The notes under the pieces: model-generated
Told to the model about the DNA's origin: nothing
Database searches by the model: none
What the model saw: only the letters and a program-made list of their open reading frames with translations
Shown here: one piece after another, positions 57,083 to 64,000 of the stretch
Position numbering within the stretch: the stretch's first letter is position 1
Layout: every line of letters begins with the position of its first letter
DNA from: the human T2T-CHM13v2.0 reference genome, Homo sapiens
Length of the DNA: 64,000 nt
Assembly: GCF_009914755.1 (NCBI RefSeq)
Contig: NC_060926.1
Reading direction: 5' to 3' (one strand)
Translations under genes and position numbers: made by a program

Positions 57083-57663
57083 GGTAATGGGATTCAGGAC
57101 ATGTTACCCAAAATATGGCACCTTGGCATTTGAGAAAACAGCAGAAGCAGGAAGGCCACTCTCACCTTCTCACCCTTCTCACCTTCTTCTCACCCTTCTC
57201 ACCTGAAGCATATAATAAAACCTAAGAAGATCACTCTTTGGCTTTCTCCTACCCTTCTTTTTTGAAGCAGGTCATGAGACCTTCATTTGAAAGGTGCCCT
57301 TCCTAAACCCAGAGGAAAGGAACATCTTTATCTTTGAAGGCACAGGGGCACAGAGAAGAATCAGAACGAGAAGGGCTTGCTAAACTCCCCCCAGTTTATC
57401 CAGTTTATTATTATTAGATCACACCCACTTTATCCAATCATACTTCTCCATATCTATCCATCTCTCCATCAGATCTAAGCATAAAAATACACTAGGTTAC
57501 CTGTTTTTTTGAATCTTTGTTTCCTTATAAAGGCTACTGTGTCACATAAAGCTTACATTAAATAAATGAGTACGCTTTTCTCTTATTAATCTGTCTTTTT
57601 TTATTGGTGCCTCAGCCATGAATCTAGCAATGAGTAAGGAATGAAATATTCTCCTTCCCTATG
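57083..57663 (+). mobile_element. MER39-like ERV1 solo LTR
   Basis: ggattcaggacatgttacccaaaatatggcaccttggcatttgagaaaacagcagaagcagg...gcctcagccatgaatctagcaatgagtaagg; internal ttctcacc tandem at ~57160-57205. Confidence 0.82.
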
Positions 57664-58429
57664 GCTAGCATAGCACCTTTGTTAAAATTATAGCATGACA
57701 ATACATCATACAACCAAAAGTGATACCAATGCGCCACATTTTCCTTTTATAAAGTATGCTTTAAAAAGCAAAGTTTAAGGAATGAACACAAATGGAGACA
57801 CAGGCAATGGTAGAAGCATTTGGCTCCAGCCTATTCACTATGAGGTCCGCTAGATTTCTGAACTGCTCTATGCTGCTCAGTTTTCCTCTTGGGTTTTAGA
57901 TTTCTGTTCTCTTTTCATGATCTCTTATTGTTTACATGACTATCTTTCTTTTGTACACTAGCTTCTTAAGGGAAAAGAGTGAACACAACTCAACTCTCCC
58001 CACCATATGTAGTGTCTGGTACATTGTAAGTGGACGACATGTTGGGTGAAATATGTGAGGGACCAAATTCTTATTTGTCCTGCAAGAAATAACCAATGAT
58101 GGAAAAATTCAGGCATAGGTATATACCTTGGATTCTGAAATTAGGAAATGATTATATTCTCTGATTATGCCTGTGACCTGGGGTGTGGACAGAAGATATT
58201 TCTCCCTCTTATGAGTTCTTTTCTCACACATTTATAGAAATTAAGCCAGGAGAAGCAGCTACACAATGCAGCTACCCACTTTATTGACAGAGATCCAGGG
58301 ATACTAGGGAAGCTGTGGCTATTGTAACATGCTTTTCCTGCCCCCCCAGCTAGCTTCTACATGGAATAACCACTGCTACTACATACATTATGCATACAAC
58401 ATACATAAATTACTATTGCAACCACAATT

Positions 58430-58590
58430 ACTAACTAATATGAGCATTCACCATTTATAAATACCAAGCCTTGTGCCTGGCACCTTACATAAAGTGTCTT
58501 ATTTATTTTTTCCATCGCCCTAAAAAAGAAATAAGTTATCCCCATTTTACACTTGAGAAGACCAAAGCTAAGAGGGGCTAAACCCAGCTC
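58430..58590 (-). mobile_element. MIR
   Basis: tgtgcctggcaccttacat...ttatccccattttacacttgagaagacc. Confidence 0.7.
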
Positions 58591-58608
58591 AGTTAAAAAG
58601 CATTCCAA

Positions 58609-58918
58609 GGCTGGGTGCGGTGGCTCATGCCTGTAATCCCAGCACTTTGGCAAGCCGAGACAAGAGGATCCCTTGGGCTCAGGAGTTTCAGATCAGTGTG
58701 GGCAACATAATGAGACCTCATCTCTACAAAAAATTTTAAAAATTAGCCTGCATGGTGGCACACACACCTGTAGTCCCAGCTACTCAGGTGGCTGAGGTGG
58801 GAGGATTGCTAAACTCAGCAGATGAAGGCTGCGGTGAGCCATGATCATGCCACTGTATTCCAGTCTAGGCAACAGAGTGAGGCCCTGTCTCAAAAAATAA
58901 AAATTAAAATAAAATTTA
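58609..58918 (+). mobile_element. AluJ
   Basis: J-type gaggatcccttgggctcaggagtt, gaggtgggaggattgct and gagccatgatcatgcc; perfect TSD aaaaagcattccaa (58595-58608 / 58919-58932). Confidence 0.95.
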
Positions 58919-61874
58919 AAAAAGCATTCCAAGGCAGTTGCCCTGAATCATGCACCCAGTTGATGGGAGTGACCTCTCCTGTGGATGATTCTACAGTCAA
59001 CAGAGTGCTAATACAGTTGAGGGCATAGAGTAGGAACTCAACATGTTTTGATTGGCAGTTTTATGTTAGCTCTGGGAGAATGCATGGCTAGGGATCTATA
59101 AAACAGTGAAGAATGGCCCTCAAATGTAAGTTTTATTATTATTATTTAATCTTTAACTAGCTTTTTAAAGTCAAGTCATTCGGAGAGTGAGTTAGCTATA
59201 ATTTTATCTTTTTACCTTGAGATCAGCCCTCACTCTAATAACTTTTAATTATTAGAGTTGTGCAAGTTTTGGGGAGAATTTAAACAATCTAAGTAAAATC
59301 AAAGTAACACATGAATGTAGCTATAAATATATCTCTATATATTTTTTCCTGATGAATTCAACCACCCTGAGAAAAGTGTTACATGATTCAAATATGGTAT
59401 ATAAAAATGGTGATTCCAATGACTATTCTTTACTGAAAGTATTAAGTCTTAATCTGTTAGCATGGCTTTCCTACTCTTCTTTTACAAGATAGATTTGAGT
59501 TTGTAAATTTTAGTCTTTGCAACATTATCTACTCCAGGCACAGAGGAAGTGAGAAACTCCAAAACGTGTTCCACTGTTATATGAGCCAAAGGCTGGTCAG
59601 TGCCTTGTGGTGACAAGAGCAGCTAAAGCGGCTGTCACCCTCCCTTGTGAATCAGCCTCAGGAGATGAGGCAGCATGAATGGAGAGCTCTGGACTCCTTG
59701 TTGGGGTCAGGTCCCAAGCACGAATATCATCCCTAATTCCTAGGAGATTCTCACCTGGTGCTGCAGAAAGCCCCTTTGCAGCTTCTGTCCTTGAATAGAA
59801 GCACCTACATCCAAAACAAGATTTTGGTGACATTTTCTTTGAACAAAAGTATCAAGCAACATGCAATTATTCATTAAAACATACACATTTGAGTAACCCA
59901 TTTTATCTAGGAGTTGCTTAATTGTAGACTTCTAGATTAATTTTAATGTAAATGAGTTGACAGTAGAGTAAAAAGTATGCTAAAACTAGTTCAGAATTAA
60001 AAACTGAAAGAAAATTGGAATAATTTATAAGTAATTTGTAAAATTTTTACATTTAAGAGAAACAGATCATGTCAGTTTCAAATATGTGTATTTGTTTATT
60101 TGCTCAAAGTTTATGACTTGGTCAATATCCATATCCATGATTTGTGACTAGTTTTTAAAAATATGCATAATTAAAATAATGAGTGATTTTTGTAAAGTTA
60201 CAGCCAAATATTTTTATTCTCTTCTCCCTTTTTGATATCTATCACTGATTCTTTATCATGTTTGCTAGATTAGCTATTACCTGTGTAACTTGCTTATTTA
60301 TATTATGCATAAGTTATCTAATTCTCTAGAATCCTATATCTATGAATTTTCTGAGTTAATACCCAAGTAATACCTCAAAAATACCCATGTAGTTTTCATT
60401 GATAAGAAATAAAGACCATGTTTTTATATCTGAAACTGTTATCAAACACAGAGTGTCATGCCATCTTATCATTGTTCCTGGTGAGGTGGATCTAGAAAGA
60501 GGGAGAGGGAAAGTCTTCTGCTTCCTCTCACCTCTTCCTTTAACATGCATTCCCTCTACAAGCCTGGCCACAGTGCCAAAAACTTCTTTGTCCCCAGATA
60601 TGAGCCATATGCCTTTTAATTCCCTATGATTGCTTTGTTGTCTGGAGTCTAGAAAGTTTTCTTGGGTTCCAAGTTTCCCTTTCCTTAAAAATGAGAATTT
60701 TCTTGAAATGGCTTAATTATCATGACCTCCTTAATAAAACAAAGTTGACAGTAATGGAGAGTAAAATGGTACTAAGAACAGGCATGATGTTAAAGGAGGC
60801 TACCTGAGGGTGGAAAAGTGACTGAGAATAGAGACTGATTCTGATAATTCTATATCATGTGTCAGTCAATGCTTTCTATTTAGAATATTGATACCATACA
60901 TAGCATAGGGTTTGATTGTTGTTGAAGCATATTGAGGATAATCTCTTTATATTTGAAAACTGTCTTGGAAGTAATTTTGTAGAAATATTCTGATATGGAA
61001 CTGATGTCATAGGTACATACATCAGACTGCCTAGAATAATAATATGGAACCAGCAACTAGGAACACTATAGACCCAGGAGGATAAGGTAGTTTATATAGG
61101 CTTCCATTTGGGGGATATATCATGAGCATGTTGTCAAAACCAGATGTGGTTCTGAATTACCTGATCAATTCAGTCTGAAGAAGAGTTAAGTAGGTACCTG
61201 CCTCTTACTACCTCCACACCCCAAGCCTCTACCCCAATTTGGGGGAACTCTATGTCTTGAGACTACCATAAAAATTATTATTTGGTATGTTTACATGTAA
61301 AGATTCTTGAGACTCAAAAATTCCTAAACTAGCAATAAAATAATTTTTATTCTTTGTCAAAAACTTTGAAGTATTGTTACAGCTCTGGTTCCTCAGACCT
61401 TTGGATGAAGAAGGTTTAAAAGGAATGAATATCTGGAATAGTAGGGTTGAAAGCAAGATAGGATGGAGAAAGATCTCACACTGTGAAGCAGACCTGGCAA
61501 AGCCTTGGCCAACCCAGTAGGTGTCTCTAGAGAGAATATTGCTGATGAGTCAGGATGGCTGGGCTTTTGTGCAGGCTGCCTCAGACAGGGTGAGACTGCA
61601 AACAAGGTGGCTCCCTGCACTAAAGCAGATCCCAGAGGAGTCCCATGTTAGAGGCTGCCTCCTGACAGCACTCCCTGCAGCTGCACGGGGGGTGAGGGCA
61701 GCACATCTCCAGGTCTACCACACATCTTTTCATTTTCTTGATGACTTAGTCACCTACCTGATAGGTTTCCACATAGATGGATATTAACTTTTTGGGTTTC
61801 TTTATCATTTTATTATGTTTCCTTATTTCCCCAAAGTGTTAGTGCTTATAACTTCTACCACATAAGTCTTACAT

Positions 61875-62070
61875 TAAGATTGGGGGCTTAGTTCCAATTA
61901 TCTGACTCTACGTCTTTGACCAGCTGTTTAGCCCAGGGTACATGTATTAACCTCCCTAAACTTCAGCCTCCTCATTTGTGAGTTGTTGGATGATTAAATG
62001 AGGAATATATACAAATCCATTGGCTTAGCATCTAGTATATTGTACGTACCCAATAAGTGTTATTATTAAA
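61875..62070 (+). mobile_element. MIR
   Basis: ttaacctccctaaacttcagcctcctcatttgt...gattaaatgagg...caataagtgttattatt. Confidence 0.7.
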
Positions 62071-62453
62071 GAGTCTGAGAAATTTTCTAAATGCACTGGT
62101 CAATATTAGAAGAAGAAACTAACTCCCAAATATATCTGCCTATTAGGCATCATGGCAGCAGAACAAAAACTATGTTAAAATAATTAAATAAATGCAAGGC
62201 AAGGGGTGAGAGAAAACACCATCTGGCAGCTCTCAGTGAGTCATTTAGGAGTGAGTTGGAAGATAATGAAGGCCATTGCATTCTGGTCATGGATGGGTCC
62301 TTCTGCTTGGCTGGTGTTATAGCCTTTCTCCGAATAAAAATAGCCCATGCATCCTTTACTGCAGCTCAGTAAACACAGATTATGTGAATAAAAATAAAAG
62401 AATGCACAACAAAATCTTTGGGGAGATTTGACACAGTTTATTTTGTTTCTTAG

Positions 62454-62525
62454 TGTACCCGTGAATTTCAGCACAATCAACAGTTTAATCTGAACAGCAA
62501 GGAATTTGTTTTTTGGCTGTTTGAA
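62454..62525 (+). other. Candidate 72-nt exon (unverified)
   Basis: ttgac branch-like site, tttattttgtttcttAG|TGTACC...TTTGAA|GTAAGT; phase-0 frame open (CTREFQHNQQFNLNSKEFVFWLFE). Confidence 0.35.
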
Positions 62526-62639
62526 GTAAGTTTTATACTGTTTTTCTAGCAGAACTGACCATATGAAATACTCATCAGAGCCAGGAAAACAATCTTCAGA
62601 TTTAAAGCTGTATGGTGGCTGGAGTGCAGTACTACACAT

Positions 62640-62830
62640 AGAATCATAACAAAAACTCTGATTTGGGTTTAGCCACTTACTACCTGGGAGGACATTGAGT
62701 ATTCCCTAAGCCTTAGTTTCTCTTTAACAAAATGATTATGGTAAATAAATCTTGTAATACTTAAATGAGATCAGATGAGAAAGGAGTATAATGTTCTTTT
62801 AAAAATGCTTTGTAAATATTAGTTTATTAT
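62640..62830 (+). mobile_element. MIR
   Basis: gccacttactacctggg...cctaagccttagtttctc...ttaaatgaga...aaatgctttgtaaa. Confidence 0.65.
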
Positions 62831-62909
62831 GAGTAAAGGTAAAATGCTGCTTTTGAAGGACAGTTTCATCTTGTGATTTTAAGATTGAACTTAAAAAAAA
62901 AAAAGACTA

Positions 62910-63125
62910 AACTGACTACCAGTTCCTAGCCAGGCAAAGTTACCTAAATTGGGGGAATTTATTTGGGGAAATAAATTTTGGTGCCTTGGCTTTCTTATCT
63001 GTATAACTGAGATGACAGTAATATATGACCTCACAGAGTTTTTGCTGAGATGCAGTGAGATGGTCTGGATCCAACACTTGAGTACAGTTCCTGCCACGGA
63101 ATGATGATTTGGCTGCTATTGTTAT
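62910..63125 (+). mobile_element. MIR
   Basis: gtgccttggctttcttatctgtataactgagatgacagtaatatatgacctcacagagtt. Confidence 0.65.
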
Positions 63126-63552
63126 ATTTTAATACAAGGGTAAATAGGAGTCTTTCTTTTGTGTTTTGCACTGTTGGCGATTCTGGAATGGTTTACTAAT
63201 ATTTTTACTTTAATCCTGGAGTTATACAGTGATACCTTCTAACACACAGCTGGCACTTTGGAGAGATTACAATGACAAAAAATAAAAGATGGGGACAGAC
63301 CCTTGAAAAGGGAATGGAAGAATAGTTCTAGGTTTTATTTTGTCTTGTTTTAAAAGATATTTCTATTGCTAAATTAACTTTATTTTTAAAAGCATGGATT
63401 AAAGAAGTATTAGTAAACGATAAAAGAAAATGCACAGGTGTGAGGGTTATGAGCCTGAGCTCATAGTCTCCCCCCTGTCAAACATAACTGTCTATGGACA
63501 TTGAATAAATCATTTAATATCATTGGCTCCAAAAGAGATGGATAAACAAGAT

Positions 63553-63728
63553 TTGTGCTTCTCAAGCTTGACCACATATTAGAATAACCAGGAGTACTTT
63601 TGCAAAACAGTATATCTGGCTCCACCGGGTCCACCTCAGAGCAATTGAATTATAATTTCTCTGGTGAAGAACCAGTCTGCAAGCTCATCAGTTGTTTAGG
63701 GTACACAGTGAGGGTTATGGACCACCTG
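63553..63728. mobile_element. MER5A/B-like fragment
   Basis: gtgcttctcaagcttgaccacatattagaataaccaggag...gggttatggaccacctg. Confidence 0.65.
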
Positions 63729-64000
63729 ACTGGGTGATCATTAGGGTCTCTTCCAGCTCTGAAATCTTGTATATCTGTACATATCTTTTTACTACAGTCA
63801 CATACATAAAAAGTACTTCTTAAAATGAAAACATATGTGGCATATTTAGAGAAGGTAAAGGAATTTGATTTAAGCTATTGGCTTCTGGAAATAAGCAAGT
63901 GATTTTCTTGAAGCTTATTGTAAACTATCAACCTCTCTTGCCTTAAGCGAGATGTAATGATTATACTTCAACCTACAGGCTGTATATTTGACTCAGCTAT

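Noticed and set aside
61480-61750. GC-richer segment with TGAGTCA and CAGCTG motifs
   Set aside because: Isolated short motifs with no clear clustering; insufficient for an enhancer call.
62241-62639. 132-aa minus-strand ORF in unique DNA
   Set aside because: No recognisable domain, composition typical of AT-rich non-coding DNA, and no supporting splice structure on that strand.

Overview
Primate (human-like), AT-rich, non-coding genomic DNA, most likely a large intron or intergenic region. Roughly 40-50% (estimated by eye) is interspersed repeat: Alus, L1s of several ages, MaLR/ERV LTRs, a two-LTR THE1 provirus, hAT and Tigger DNA transposons, MIR and L2. I recognise no protein-coding gene. 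The longer ORFs in the track are L1 ORF1/ORF2 remnants, THE1-internal remnants, Alu-derived frames or chance frames. The most notable structure is an ungapped 176-bp inverted repeat (161/176 identical; 26658-26833 / 27430-27605) made of ancient L1 sequence. Its 596-bp loop holds a 64-nt minus-strand exon candidate with near-consensus splice sites, and each arm carries an AP-1/ARE motif. Also notable are a 33-bp pre-miRNA-like hairpin (2167-2242), a twin-primed 5'-inverted L1PA3-like insertion with TSDs and an internal 22-bp duplication, a nested L1MA/THE1/L1PA16 cluster, a five-fold CAGCTG E-box cluster, a CpG-retaining promoter-like patch, and several candidate exons. Subfamily names come from recalled consensus features rather than a RepeatMasker run, and boundaries of old repeats are approximate. 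Sequence alone cannot establish a new biological system here.
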